Source of the DNA: an uncultured Thermoleophilia bacterium
GTDB lineage: Bacteria; Actinomycetota; Thermoleophilia; UBA2241
Reading direction: 5' to 3'
Assembly: GCA_963702475.1 (NCBI GenBank)
Contig: CAVPCT010000005.1
Location: 320,001-384,000 of the forward strand
DNA length: 64,000 bases
Shown here: positions 63,765-64,000 of the stretch, one piece after another
Position numbering within the stretch: the stretch's first letter is position 1
Layout of the letters: each line of letters opens with the position of its first letter
Notes under the pieces: generated by a model
Databases searched by the model: none
Told to the model about the DNA's origin: nothing
The model's input: only the letters and a program-made list of their open reading frames with translations
Translations under genes and position numbers: made by a program

Positions 63765-64000
63765 CGTGCTCCGTCCGGGACGTGTGGTCAGGGTCAGTCG
63801 CAGGCCGGACGGGGCCTCCGCTTGGGCGGAGGCCGGTCCGGCCTGCGAGCACGGCGTCCCGGCGAAGGCACCGAGAGAGCCGCGGCCGGGACGCAGCGAG
63901 AGACGCAGCCGGGCCAGGGCAGTACGGCGGGACTCTCCGCGGCGCGGCGCCAGGAGCACGCCCAGCGCCGCTCCCACGGTCCCGCCGGAGAGTGGTGTCC
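63765..64000 (-). CDS. YtxH-like protein, partial (enters from window edge)
   Basis: GTVGAALGVLLAPRRGESRR resembles the YtxH motif; in frame with the downstream ORF, boundary unclear. Confidence 0.4.

Overview
Very GC-rich bacterial DNA that looks actinobacterial, possibly Thermoleophilia-like. This is an inference from GC content, leaderless promoters and protein styles, not a taxonomic assignment. The dominant signal is a ~41 kb methylamine/quaternary-amine demethylation hub (11687-52549) with 11 methyltransferase genes: four MtbB (dimethylamine) homologs and seven MttB-superfamily genes. All four mtbB and two mttB genes carry an in-frame TAG at the known pyrrolysine position, so the ORF track splits them. 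All six TAGs sit in the same nucleotide context, GGG-TT(G/C)-TAG. Two operator-like motifs each occur twice and pair with local regulators: a TetR-type palindrome and a direct-repeat box next to a BldC/MerR-like HTH-GAF protein. Also present: five tRNAs, a sarcosine/proline-oxidase-like operon, split aconitase X, several transporters, a tetraheme surface cytochrome c, a solitary rpsR, fba, ligA, surE, c-di-GMP genes and two structured intergenic RNA candidates. Many single-base frameshifts are probably long-read assembly errors. I saw no pylTSBCD, corrinoid protein, CRISPR array or transposase in the window.
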